A DNA stretch of 64,000 nucleotides, taken from IMG/VR virus record IMGVR_UViG_3300029904_000001, positions 64,001 through 128,000 of that record; one strand, 5' to 3'. Numbering within the stretch: the stretch's first letter is position 1; each line of letters starts with the position of its first letter. Shown here piece after piece: positions 1 through 10,660 of the stretch. Origin of the DNA: a virus. Its lineage: Duplodnaviria; Heunggongvirae; Uroviricota; Caudoviricetes. The notes below the pieces were generated by a model. The model searched no databases and had not been told where the DNA came from. It was given only the letters and a program-made list of their open reading frames with translations. A program made the translations under genes and the position numbers.

Positions 1-41
1 TCTAAAATTGCATTCTATAATGCTTAAAATTTGGTATAATT

Positions 42-368
42 ATGAATAGTAAATTTAGTAAATTTGTCGGTTTATCTGAATCTCAATTTAATCGATTAAA
101 AACCGAGTTAGATTTAGATGACAAATTAATGCAAGAAATAATATCAGATAAAATTTTTACAGGATCAGGGGGATTACTAAAAGCAACTTTATACGCATTA
201 ATTAGACGAGATGTTAAAGGAAATGCTGATTTTACTAATAATCTTTTTTACGCATTACGTTCAGATAATCTTAGTTATTTAGAAGCCGTTAAAAATGAAT
301 ACGGACAATTAGCAATATTTTTATATAATAAATATAAACCATATTTTGAAAACGATAAGTTTATTTAA
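42..368 (+). CDS. Hypothetical protein (108 aa)
   Basis: ATG..TAA ORF that overlaps the start of the next gene; no recognisable motif. Confidence 0.6.
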   Translation: MNSKFSKFVGLSESQFNRLKTELDLDDKLMQEIISDKIFTGSGGLLKATLYALIRRDVKGNADFTNNLFYALRSDNLSYLEAVKNEYGQLAIFLYNKYKPYFENDKFI

Positions 369-1380
369 TTTTAACGTCATTCCTTTATACGATACTATAA
401 AACACGCTAAAATATCAGACGAAGAGTATTTCTCTAATAAATATAAACAATGTATATCTAATAGTAGGCTCAAACTGATAGATACAGAAGAAGGTGGAAG
501 TCCAGAAAAGTATAAAACTGGGCTGAAATCTTCTTTTAATCCTAGTTTTCAGCTAGGTTCGGCAGTTCATGAGTTAGTATTGCAGCCAGAAGAGTTTACC
601 TTACATCCAAAGTGTGAAAAGGCATCTGCTAAACAGGGATATTGTATTGATTTCATTAAAAAGTATCGAAAGCAAGGTTTATCTATTAGAAATAGTATAG
701 ATAAAGCAAGAATTGATGCAGATTATTATGCAAAAGCTCCTTTAGATAAAGTAATAGAGAAAATTAATACTCCTGAAAACAAACGTTATTATCTAAATAC
801 AAGAAAATTAGAAAATAATGTAATATTGCTTTGTGATTCAGACTGAGATACAGTTAATGAGTGTGTTTTATCTATAAAGTCAAATCGTCAGATTCAGAAA
901 AAGTTACATCCAACTGATGAATTTGGAATTGAGCTTCCTTCATTTAACGAGGATACTTTTTTCATGGATTTTAAAGTAACATATAAAGATAAAGAAGTTA
1001 TTCTTCCATTTAAAATGAAAGCTGATAACTGAACTATTGATATAGAGAATAAAAAAGTTACTTTGAATGATTTAAAGACTACTGGACATTGGTGTAGTAA
1101 GTTTATGAGTACTTCTTTTTGCGAATACCACTACTACCGCCAATTCTATGTCTATGCTTTAATTCTTTGTGGTTATTGTCGTAAAGAATATGGCTATGAT
1201 AAGAGTTGAACATTTGATTGTAATGTCTGTGTAGTCGAAACTGATTCAGATCATCGTTCTGCTTGTTTTAATATACCAAGATCTGAATTAATTAAAGGAA
1301 TGAATGAGTTTAATAGGCTATTATCTGAGGTAGCTTATTATGAAATGTTTGGATATGAGGAGCAAGTAGAATTTATATAA
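346..1380 (+). CDS. PD-(D/E)XK exonuclease (DUF3799/RecE ExoVIII-like), 344 aa with TGA=Trp
   Basis: The frame stays open through TGA at 844 and two later TGAs to TAA at 1378-1380. Motifs: GSAVHELVL, KADNW...LNDLKTT, YYRQFYVY. TTG start per the ORF track. Confidence 0.8.
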
Positions 1381-1392
1381 AAGTTCAAAAAA

Positions 1393-1424
1393 TTTGGAGA
1401 ATTAAAAAATTTATCCTATATTTG
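1393..1424 (+). promoter_or_regulatory. Bacteroidota sigma-A-type promoter (-33 TTTG / -7 TAnnTTTG)
   Basis: TTTG at 1393-1396, 20-nt spacer, TATATTTG at 1417-1424. Confidence 0.75.
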
Positions 1425-1471
1425 TATCCTCGTTCTCAAAGAAATATGCAATAAAAATTATTAAAAATAAA

Positions 1472-1503
1472 TTTGCATATTTAAAAATTTTAATCTATCT
1501 TTG
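1472..1503 (+). promoter_or_regulatory. Second tandem Bacteroidota-type promoter
   Basis: TTTG at 1472-1475, 20-nt spacer, TATCTTTG at 1496-1503. Confidence 0.75.
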
Positions 1504-1567
1504 TATTCAAAGAGATAGATAATAGATAAGAAATAATATGTTTAACAATTTTAAAAATTAATGTTTT

Positions 1568-2095
1568 ATGAAGAAATTTGAAATTAAAGCGTACAGCCTT
1601 GATGAGGCAAAAGAGAAAGCAGCAGAGATGGGTATGACAGTTATTCGTAATGTAACACAGTCTTGGAAAAATGCACAGTCTCCCATTTCAGATAAGGATT
1701 TTAAGTTGTTTGCAGTAGATCAGCTGGCAGATAAGAATCTTACTAATGCTGAGGGTGTTGGTCTTATCGTATGTATGATGCCTGGATCTAAGGATACACG
1801 TCAGCGTCCTTTTAAGTTTATTAATAATGTAACTGAGGGTAAGAAGCAGGTAGAGCGTGTATTTGAGGTTCGTAGAAAGGATAATAACGAGCTTATTGCT
1901 ACTGCTAATCTGAAGGCTGATGCTGAGGAAGCTGCTAAGAACGCAATGCCTACTGTAAAGGCTGATATGTATTGCGAGATTGTATATCGTGTTAAGGAAG
2001 GTAAGGCTCTCGCATTTGAATTGGAGTATACACCTTCTATTAATACAACTCTTGGTACATACATTGTGTTTGGTAACGAAAAGGCTGATTTCTAA
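1568..2095 (+). CDS. Hypothetical protein, probably highly expressed (175 aa)
   Basis: Clean ORF with distinct codon usage (many AAG, GAG, CGT, GCT), flanked by two promoters and a terminator. Confidence 0.8.
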   Translation: MKKFEIKAYSLDEAKEKAAEMGMTVIRNVTQSWKNAQSPISDKDFKLFAVDQLADKNLTNAEGVGLIVCMMPGSKDTRQRPFKFINNVTEGKKQVERVFEVRRKDNNELIATANLKADAEEAAKNAMPTVKADMYCEIVYRVKEGKALAFELEYTPSINTTLGTYIVFGNEKADF

Positions 2096-2122
2096 TTATT
2101 AGAAGTCATGTTAACAAATATT

Positions 2123-2158
2123 AGGAGAATAGAAATTAAAAATCTATTCTCCTTTTTT
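2123..2158 (+). terminator. Rho-independent terminator
   Basis: AGGAGAATAGA-9 nt loop-TCTATTCTCCT followed by a T run. Confidence 0.85.
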
Positions 2159-2165
2159 GTTTATA

Positions 2166-2720
2166 ATGGATTTAATTCTATCATCTAAAGGTAAAGTATC
2201 GAAACAAGGTTATGTTGTAACACAACACACACTTGACCTTCATAAAATATATAAAAGACCCAGTTTACTAGATGAATGAGATAAATATCAATCCTATAAT
2301 GTTTTTGATAGGAATGTATATTTATTTGTAGATAAAAGATATGTATGAAACGAAGAACTTCCATTTAATATTAACTTAAAATATCGTCCTATTTATATTG
2401 GAAAGGGTTACTTTGATTCTCAAAAGGATGAAGACTCCAGAGCTTTAAATCACCATAATGATCTGTTAGCCAGATGTTTGTCGGTGAGTCCAGATCGTTA
2501 TGAATGTTTGTTGTTTGGAGGAGGAATGACTGAAAATGAAGCTTCTTGTTTAGAAGCATATTTAATATGGTATTTAGTAACACAGAAAAATTATTCTTTA
2601 TCCAGACAAGATAGAATAGGAGATTTAATTAATAAGAGACGCGAAAGAAAATGGGAATCGCACATTACACAATTTTTAAATGTTGATAATCAATGGAAGT
2701 TACCCTCGACTTTGCTTTAA
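2166..2720 (+). CDS. GIY-YIG (LEM-3-like) nuclease-domain protein, 184 aa with TGA=Trp
   Basis: ATG at 2166 is in frame with ORF 2478-2720 through two TGAs. Motifs: VYLFVD...PIYIGKG...SRALNH...EASCLEAYLI. Confidence 0.6.
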
Positions 2721-3460
2721 AAGGAAAAAGCACAATTATTAAAAATCGAAATTATCTTTCGACTAAAGAATACATAGAACCATTTATCGATTCTATGTCT
2801 AAATTTACAGATGATTTTATTATTAGAGTTCAAACTCCAAATCAGATGACTATTACTGACAATGATCAAGATTTAACGTTTAATAGAGTTTGAATTCAAG
2901 CATTAATGCCAGAAGACCATTGTATAGATAATCATAGAGAATGTTATCATCTTATATATGGTCTTGATGTTAAGAAACCAGTTTATAAAATTGCACGTGG
3001 ATATTTAAATATGGCTTGTACTAATTTATGTGTTTTTGATCCACAGTGGTTATCTGTTTATGAATTGGAACCTGAGAAATCTTTTGTTTATGATATTAAA
3101 CATTTAATGGAAATTACATCTGATTTTGAGGTTAAGTTAAAGAAAATGAAAAACACATTTTTATCTTCCAAAATAGAAGATAAACAACAACTATTAGGAT
3201 CTATGATTGAGAAAGCTCTATTGTATGAAAATGTTAATGCAGCAGGTAAAGTTAAATTAAGTCCTAATATGATTGTTAAAGCCTATGAAAATGTATATTA
3301 TAATACCGATTCTCCATACTATGTAAAAGATTCGGAGGAATGTTCAGTATTTAATTATTATAATGCATTTACTGAACTTATAAGAGATGCTAATAAGAAA
3401 GATCTTATGACTGGATATGAGAAGACTCTTTTAGTTAGTCAATTATTTAATATTGTTTAA
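2693..3460 (+). CDS. DUF932-like protein (255 aa with TGA=Trp)
   Basis: ORFs 2693-2893 and 2906-3460 share a frame and join as FNRV-W-IQALMPED. The GYLNMACTNLCVF motif resembles DUF932-family proteins. Confidence 0.55.
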
Positions 3461-5921
3461 ATATATGATTTCACAAGAACTTTTAGATTATTTTAATGGA
3501 GATGAACTAGCTGCTTCAACTTGGTTAAATAAATATGCATATAAGGATGAAAAAACTCCAGAAGATATGCATCGCAGAATGGCTAAAGAGTTTGCTCGAA
3601 TTGAGAAAAACTATAAAGATTCTCTAACTGAAGACGAAATATTTGAATTGTTTAATCAATTTAAATATGTAATTCCTGGAGGTTCCGTAATGGCTGTATT
3701 AGGAACAGATATGCAATCTTCTCTATCTAATTGCAGTGTTATTGCATCTCCAAAAGATAGTGTATCTGGAATTATGGATACCGCCAAAAATGCAGCTAAT
3801 CTGTTTAAAAGAAGATTTGGCGTTGGCTTTGATATATCTACCCTTAGACCAGATGGTGCAGCTGTAAATAACTCAGCTAAATATTCAACTGGAGCAGCGT
3901 CTTTCATGGATTTATTTAGTAATGTTACCAATACTATTAGTCAGAAAGGCCGTAGAGGGGCATTGATGCTAACTATTTCCATTAATCATCCAGATGTATT
4001 AGAATTTATAACAAAGAAACAGGATTTAACTAAAGTTACTGGAGCTAATATATCAGTAAAGGTAACGGATGAGTTTATGAGAGCTGTTGAGAATGATGAA
4101 GATTATCTTCTGAGATGGCCAGTTGATTTTGAACCGCATCCAAACCAAATTAACGAAATTTCAGAATATAACACTTTAATTAGACTTGGAGAGAATTTTG
4201 ATCCTGAACACAGAGTTTACTTTAAAAAAATTAAAGCAAAAGAACTTTGGAAAACTCTAATGCATTGTGCATGGAATACAGCAGAACCTGGTATTATATT
4301 TGAAGATAGAATGATAGATTACGCTCCAGATGGTGCATATCCAGATTATAAGATGATATCAACTAATCCATGCTCAGAGATAGCCATGGGAGCCTTTGAT
4401 AGCTGCCGACTAATACATGTAAATCTTACTAGCTTTGTCAATAATCCGTTTAAAGACAATGCTACGTTTGATTATGACAAGTTAGCTCAAGTAGCATATA
4501 AAGCGACTAAATTAGCAGACGATTTAGTTGATTTGGAGATCAATGCTCTTGAAAGTATTAAAAATAAAGCAGAATCTGATGAATTAGAGTTAATTCGAAA
4601 GTTTATTGATACTGGTAAACAAACACGTAGACTTGGAGTTGGATTTACAGGTTTAGCAGATACACTTGCTATGTTAAATATACCTTTTTCTGATTCTTTT
4701 GATACTGTAGAGCAAATAATGTCTACTATGTTTGAAGCTGAATTAGAAGCATCCATCAATATGGCTATAGAGCGTGGTCCATTTAAAGGATATGATCAAG
4801 ATCTTGAAAATGAGATTGATAACAAATGGAATCAACTAGTAAGAGTAGAGTTTAACGAGTTATACAAGAAAATGCAAGCTCATGGACGTAGGAATATTAG
4901 TTTTTCAACTGCTGCTCCTACCGGCACCGTGTCCTTGTTGGCAAGATGTTCCTCTGGAATCGAGCCTGTATTCTTACCTTATTACACAAGACGTAGAAAG
5001 GTTCAGAATGATTCAGATAGAGTTGATTTTACTGATGTAACTGGACAAAAATTTACTAATTTTAAAGTAATCCATCCAAATCTTGTTAAATGTTTAAATA
5101 TTCTATTTCCAGATAAAGATATTAACATTCTTACAGATAAAGAACTAGACGAATTAATATCTAAAACTCCATATAATGAACAATTTGCTGGAGATATAGA
5201 TTATCATAAACGTATTAAGCTTCAAGGTATTTGTCAGGAATATATAACACATAGTATATCTAGTACTATAAATCTTCCAGAAAACACAACAGAAGAAGAT
5301 ATAGCTGACATTTATATAGAAGCTTGGAAAGCAGGAAACAAAGGCCAAACAATATATAGACAGGGTTGTAGAGATGGAGTTTTAGTTAAGAATGATGCAG
5401 CAATTAAACAGATTACATCTACACAAGCTCCAAAACGTGGTAAAAAGTTAGTTGCAGATTATTATGAAACAAGAGTAAAAGGAGAAACTTTTATTGTTCT
5501 TGTTGGTTTAATGGATAATCGTCCTTATGAGATATTTGCATTTAGGCCCAATCTTGATGCACATTTTCCTAATCATCAAGGTGTAATAGTTAAACAGAAG
5601 AAAATGCATTATAGTTTTGTATCCGATAAACTAACTATACCGGATCTTCAATTAGCTAATGAAAATATAGAAGAGAGAGCTACTACTTTATATGCTTCTA
5701 TGTTACTTAGACATGGAGTGGATATTAAATATATTATTAAGACTGCTAAGAAAGTCAATGATAATATTGTTTCATTCTCATCTGCTATGTGTCGTATATT
5801 AAGTAAATATGTAGCTAAGGAAGAAGTAAAGGGAGAGATATGTCCAGAGTGTGGTGGCAAATTAATTAAAGAAGGAGGCTGCATCAAGTGTCTAGATTGC
5901 GGCTGGTCACGTTGTGAATAG
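3453..5921 (+). CDS. nrdJ: Class II (B12-dependent) ribonucleotide reductase with C-terminal TSCPD and Zn-ribbon domains
   Basis: Motifs SLSNC, GRRGALM, NPCSE and APTGT, with terminal CPECG..CLDCG. Ends in TAG. Confidence 0.95.
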   Translation: MFKYMISQELLDYFNGDELAASTWLNKYAYKDEKTPEDMHRRMAKEFARIEKNYKDSLTEDEIFELFNQFKYVIPGGSVMAVLGTDMQSSLSNCSVIASPKDSVSGIMDTAKNAANLFKRRFGVGFDISTLRPDGAAVNNSAKYSTGAASFMDLFSNVTNTISQKGRRGALMLTISINHPDVLEFITKKQDLTKVTGANISVKVTDEFMRAVENDEDYLLRWPVDFEPHPNQINEISEYNTLIRLGENFDPEHRVYFKKIKAKELWKTLMHCAWNTAEPGIIFEDRMIDYAPDGAYPDYKMISTNPCSEIAMGAFDSCRLIHVNLTSFVNNPFKDNATFDYDKLAQVAYKATKLADDLVDLEINALESIKNKAESDELELIRKFIDTGKQTRRLGVGFTGLADTLAMLNIPFSDSFDTVEQIMSTMFEAELEASINMAIERGPFKGYDQDLENEIDNKWNQLVRVEFNELYKKMQAHGRRNISFSTAAPTGTVSLLARCSSGIEPVFLPYYTRRRKVQNDSDRVDFTDVTGQKFTNFKVIHPNLVKCLNILFPDKDINILTDKELDELISKTPYNEQFAGDIDYHKRIKLQGICQEYITHSISSTINLPENTTEEDIADIYIEAWKAGNKGQTIYRQGCRDGVLVKNDAAIKQITSTQAPKRGKKLVADYYETRVKGETFIVLVGLMDNRPYEIFAFRPNLDAHFPNHQGVIVKQKKMHYSFVSDKLTIPDLQLANENIEERATTLYASMLLRHGVDIKYIIKTAKKVNDNIVSFSSAMCRILSKYVAKEEVKGEICPECGGKLIKEGGCIKCLDCGWSRCE

Positions 5922-5934
5922 TTAAATATAATAT

Positions 5935-6372
5935 ATGGTAAAAGTACAAGTATATAATAAATCTAATAATCCTCTGCCAAAATATGAAACTGAATTTGCA
6001 GCAGGATGTGATGTTCGTTCAACAATAGATACAATTATTTATCCAAACGAACGTAAGTTAATACCAACGGGATTACATGTTGCAATTCCAGTAGGTTATG
6101 AAATACAAGTTAGACCAAGAAGTGGATTGGCGTTTAAGAATGGTATCACTGTTTTAAACACCCCTGGTTGTATAGATGCAGATTTCAGGGGAGAAATAGG
6201 CGTTATTCTAATAAATCACGATATTGTTCCATTTGAAGTTAAAGCTGGAGATCGGATTGGTCAACTAATATTAAATAAGGTAGAACAAATTAATTGGATT
6301 AAAGTAGATAATAAAGATGATTTGCCGAAAACAGATAGAGGAGAAGGTGGTTTTGGCAGTACTAAAGTTTAA
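5935..6372 (+). CDS. dut: Trimeric dUTPase
   Basis: Motifs AAGCD, RPRSG, GCIDADFRGE, RIGQL, RGEGGFGST. Confidence 0.97.
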   Translation: MVKVQVYNKSNNPLPKYETEFAAGCDVRSTIDTIIYPNERKLIPTGLHVAIPVGYEIQVRPRSGLAFKNGITVLNTPGCIDADFRGEIGVILINHDIVPFEVKAGDRIGQLILNKVEQINWIKVDNKDDLPKTDRGEGGFGSTKV

Positions 6373-6422
6373 GTATTGGTTTATTCATCTCACTTATAAT
6401 TAACAATATTTTTGGATTTAAT

Positions 6423-6719
6423 ATGGAAGATCAAATTTTAAAACAAGTAACAGAAAATATTACTAAAAATCCATTTTATGAACAATATTATATAAGAAAA
6501 TACTTTGGAGATCAATCAGTAGATTCTTATATTCCAATTCGTATGATGGAAATACTTCCAGATAAATCGATAGCTTTAGGATTAAAAGATAGTGAACTTT
6601 TAGAGCTTTTGTTATATCGAGTTGATACGATTTATCATAATGATATGAACCAACGTGAATTAACAGAAGTTTTAATGAAAGCACTTGATTATTTTGTAGA
6701 AGCAGAAGAACGTGGCTAA
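6423..6719 (+). CDS. Hypothetical protein (98 aa)
   Basis: ORF in operon context with an 8-nt overlap into the ligase gene. Confidence 0.6.
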   Translation: MEDQILKQVTENITKNPFYEQYYIRKYFGDQSVDSYIPIRMMEILPDKSIALGLKDSELLELLLYRVDTIYHNDMNQRELTEVLMKALDYFVEAEERG

Positions 6720-7917
6720 AGAACAGGATATACTAATAAATAGAGACGCAAATGGAAAAATACGAGTAGTAGATATATCGTTAGATTGAAACGATGATTT
6801 ACATTCGTATTTAATTCAACGTAAAACTTCAGTTTATGGTGGAAAAATCACCGAACAACCTTTGATAGAAATTAAACGCGGGAAGGCTGGAAGAAGTGTG
6901 ACTGAGCAGAGCTTACTAGAATATAATTCTAACAAGAAAAAATATCTAGATAAAGGATATAAAAATATTAAAGATCTTGGATATACTTCTTTAGATGAAT
7001 TTAATCCAAATGAAGTTTTAGGGGATAATCAAACTGATTCTAATGGATTTAAAAAACACATGCTTGCTAAATCATCAAATGATGTAGCGTCAAGTGTCTT
7101 TGAACGAATTCCATTCTGATGGGGAAGTCGTAAGATTGATGGTTGTAGATGTTCTTTTTATTGAAAAGATGATAAAATACATACGGCTTCTCGTGGTGGC
7201 GGAGATTATGATGCAGCTTGTCAAGATTTTATAAACAATCCTACTTTTATTACTTTCTTTCAAAAACATCCAGATATTATATTAGATGGAGAAATGTATA
7301 AATTTGGATTATCTCTTCAACAAATTTCTGGTTGTATTAGAACAGAATTAAGTGAGGGTAAATACGATCTTGAATACTATATTTATGATACAATGACGGA
7401 AAATAAAACATTTAATGAACGTCTTGAAGAACTAGAAATGATTAAAAATGAACTTAATTTAGATTTCCAACCAGAAAGAGAATGGGAAGAAGGAGCATTA
7501 AGAATTCAAATAGTTCCTCATGAAAAAGTATCAGGATGAGCAAGTATTAAGAAATTACACGATAAATATGTAAATGAAGGTTGAGAAGGACTAGTTATTA
7601 GAGATCCAAACAAAACTTATAAATACGGTGGACGTTCTAATAATATGATTAAAATTAAAGAACGACAAGAAGAAACATTTACTATAATTGGATATGAATT
7701 AGGTTTAAGAGGTGTAGAAGATATGGTATTTATAATGAAAACTCAAGGTAATATCCAATTTAAAGCTAAACCAATGGGCAGTAGAGAAGTTAAAGAGAAT
7801 TATATGAAAAATATAAATTCTTTAATTGGACAAAAAGGCGAATGTACGTTCTTTTATTTATCAGATGATGGAACTCCGCTTCAACCTGTTTTTAAGGCTG
7901 TTAGAATAGATTTATAA
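6712..7917 (+). CDS. ATP-dependent DNA ligase (401 aa with TGA=Trp)
   Basis: GTG at 6712. Three track ORFs share one frame joined by 5 TGAs. Motifs SRKIDGCR (KxDG), LDGEMY, WEGLVIR, MIKIK, and a C-terminal OB fold (QPVFKAVR). Confidence 0.92.
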
Positions 7918-7923
7918 AAATTA

Positions 7924-7955
7924 TTTGGATAATTCACAAATATTCTATATCTTTG
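7924..7955 (+). promoter_or_regulatory. Bacteroidota-type promoter upstream of the free-standing homing endonuclease
   Basis: TTTG at 7924-7927, 20-nt spacer, TATCTTTG at 7948-7955. Confidence 0.75.
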
Positions 7956-8001
7956 TATAGTTATTAAAAATAAGTTTAACTATATAAAATATTAAAGAAA
8001 T

Positions 8002-8976
8002 ATGATTGAATATCCAAAAATTACACCGATTGAAAATCCTAAGATTGTCGAGAAAGATTATCTAATAGGTACTGTTTATTGTTTTATTAATAAAATTAAT
8101 AATAAGATTTATATTGGAGAAACAGTAAAATGTAATTACAAAACTAGGTTTATCGAACATCAAAGTAAATCTAAAACCGTTAATAATTATTTCTATAAAG
8201 CTATTAGAAAATACGGATGAGAAAATTTTGAAAGTTTTGTGTTATTTCAAACAGAAGAAGTATTATTAAATACCCCAGAAAATAAAGAAATCTTAAATGA
8301 TATAGTTAATAAAAAAGAGATAGAGTATATTGCATTATATAAATCAACTGATCATCAATATGGATATAATTTAACTATTGGTGGAGACGGTGTATCTGGA
8401 TATACTTTTTCTAAGGAAGCTAAAAAACATTTATCAGAAATACGTTCTGGAGAAAATCATTGAAATTATGGTAATTTTAACAATAAAACTTCTAAACCTA
8501 TATTGCAATTTGATTTAGATGGTAATTTTATTAAAGAATGATCTTCTGGTAATGAAATTAATCGTCAATTACATTATAATGCTAATAATGTTACGAATTG
8601 TTGTAGAGATAAATTACAAACATATCAAAATTATATTTGAATTTTTAAATCAGATTACGAAAATGGAAAACGTCCTAATACTAATACATTAACAAAACAA
8701 TTTGGACACGGAGTAAGAAGTAAAGCTGTACTACAATATGATTTTTTAGGTAATTTTATAGCAGAATATAAGTCTTGTGCAGAAGCTGGAAAAGCTTTAG
8801 GAAAAGGTACTCCAAGTAAAGCTGCGACCGGTAAAGAACCTCAATTACACGGATACATTTGAATCTATAAAGATGATTATTCCGACGAATTACTAAAAGA
8901 TAAAATAGAAAAAATTAAAGCTAAGTCTTTTTATCATAAAACTCTTGTTGAACAAAAATTGATAAAGAATGACTAA
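8002..8976 (+). CDS. Free-standing GIY-YIG homing endonuclease with NUMOD-type repeats (324 aa with TGA=Trp)
   Basis: Motifs GTVY..KIYIGET and GYNLTIGGDG, plus two repeats of the form [IL]LQ[FY]DxxGNFIxE. Open through 5 TGAs to TAA at 8974. Confidence 0.88.
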
Positions 8977-9229
8977 AAAACAAACACTATATAAAATTCT
9001 AAATACTTATCAGGATGCTGAAGATATAGTTCGGCATCTTGATAAAGAATTTGGAATATGCCTATATGATTCAAACACGGAATCTTTTTATCATAAATAT
9101 AATTATATAATAAGAAAATTATTCGAACAATTATATGGGGATAAAAAAGCAGATTTAATTGAATCATATGTTTTTGATAATACAAATATGACATTTGACG
9201 AACTTTATTATATATTAGAAAATGAGTAG
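8969..9229 (+). CDS. Hypothetical protein (86 aa)
   Basis: ORF with 8-nt overlaps at both ends. Confidence 0.6.
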   Translation: MTKKQTLYKILNTYQDAEDIVRHLDKEFGICLYDSNTESFYHKYNYIIRKLFEQLYGDKKADLIESYVFDNTNMTFDELYYILENE

Positions 9230-9641
9230 CTTCACCGAATACATTGATACTCAAATTCAAGTTCAAATGAGACTTGGATATACTCAAGATGTTAAACAAT
9301 TAACCGGACTTAGAAATATTAAATCGGATTATAACTATATTCACTCAAAGAATCCAAATAAATCCGAAGTTGAGATTCTAAAGTCTATGTATAAGGAAAG
9401 AGAAGAAAATTCTCAAAGTTATGAACAGGGATCAGATCTTTATATGCAGGAAATAATTGAAATGAATATATTAAAACAATTCATTCCAACCGCTCCTCCT
9501 GATTCTGATGTTCTTGATTACTTAGCATCTTTAAATTATGAAAAATCTAAACGAAATTTCAAGAGATTTCAAGATGCTTGTGAAAATCAATTTGGACAAA
9601 AAGTAAATTCACAACTTATACTTAACTATATAAATAGTTAA
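9222..9641 (+). CDS. GatB/YqeY-like protein
   Basis: Pattern LRNIKS...EILKSMYKEREEN..SY...EMNILKQFIP resembles YqeY. Confidence 0.5.
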   Translation: MSSFTEYIDTQIQVQMRLGYTQDVKQLTGLRNIKSDYNYIHSKNPNKSEVEILKSMYKEREENSQSYEQGSDLYMQEIIEMNILKQFIPTAPPDSDVLDYLASLNYEKSKRNFKRFQDACENQFGQKVNSQLILNYINS

Positions 9642-9741
9642 ATTTCTAACAAAAACCTAGTTTTTAGACACTTTTATATTAAAGTCATATAACTAGTCTA
9701 TTTATGTTTAAAACTCGCTAAAATCGATTAAAATTAAATAT

Positions 9742-10503
9742 ATGATACATTTATATAGAACATATAATAAAGCAAAAGATGTCTTTGTTAAACCTAAATT
9801 ACATTGGAAATTTGGTTTATGGAAAAATGATCCCTGTCTTCCAGTTTGGAGAAGAGGTCCTGTTTGGAGGATTGGAGGTTCTAGTTATAAAGCAAATTCA
9901 AAATGTTATCAAATTTATAATCAAGTTCCAATTAAAATACATAATAGAGGTGATTTAAAACCTGACGGTACAGTTTATAAATTTGATTATTATGAATCAT
10001 CTGTGCATAAACTTCCAGGAAATTTAAAGCCTTGGGATACAGTTTGGAAAAGTAAATATCGTAGATTATTTAGAAAATTTGGTTTAAAGATAGCTAAAGC
10101 ATATATACAACTTCCAATGTTATTTAGTTTTCATATATTTAATAGAGATATAATGTGGAAAACTAAATGGACTAACTATGATATTAGATATGAATTTCCA
10201 CCTCAATTTACAATTGTATTTTTTGGATTATCACTTTCTTTTTGGTTAAATCCAGAAATTAAAGATAAAGAAACAGAAAGTTTTGATCATTATTGGGAAT
10301 CTCTTCTTAAATACGTTTATGGTAAATATAAAGGAGATTTGTTACAAACTGTTATTAGTTGTGGTAAATGGAGAAATCTAAATAAAAATACATCTTATTT
10401 CCAAGTTTCTAAAAATTATATTAAACCAAAATATTGGAATCAATATGACGAAGCTATTGAATTATATAAAGAATTAGAAGATAAAAATGATAACAACGAG
10501 TAA
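9742..10503 (+). CDS. Trp-rich hypothetical protein (253 aa)
   Basis: Clean ORF with 12 Trp, all encoded by TGG. Confidence 0.75.
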   Translation: MIHLYRTYNKAKDVFVKPKLHWKFGLWKNDPCLPVWRRGPVWRIGGSSYKANSKCYQIYNQVPIKIHNRGDLKPDGTVYKFDYYESSVHKLPGNLKPWDTVWKSKYRRLFRKFGLKIAKAYIQLPMLFSFHIFNRDIMWKTKWTNYDIRYEFPPQFTIVFFGLSLSFWLNPEIKDKETESFDHYWESLLKYVYGKYKGDLLQTVISCGKWRNLNKNTSYFQVSKNYIKPKYWNQYDEAIELYKELEDKNDNNE

Positions 10504-10660
10504 AATACAAGAAGCAGCACTAAAAGCCGAAGACATGATGAATGATAGATATGGTAATAGTTGGCTTATTGAATTAGAAAATGGTAATCTTGAAATTAAA
10601 GAAGGTTACGAAATGGAATACGATTATTATTTTGATAAATTTATGTATGGAATTAAGTAA
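10487..10660 (+). CDS. Small hypothetical protein (57 aa)
   Basis: ATG at 10487 to TAA at 10658 fills the gap and overlaps both neighbours. Not in the ORF track. Confidence 0.5.
   Translation: MITTSKIQEAALKAEDMMNDRYGNSWLIELENGNLEIKEGYEMEYDYYFDKFMYGIK

Noticed and set aside
3453-5921. Intein or intron in nrdJ
   Set aside because: The ORF is continuous, of normal length, and has no intein splice-junction motifs.
10581-10646. Upstream starts given by the track (also 11971, 14234, 16129, 19237)
   Set aside because: Downstream ATGs (10647, 12019, 14249, 16135, 19282) give short typical overlaps and cleaner N-termini.
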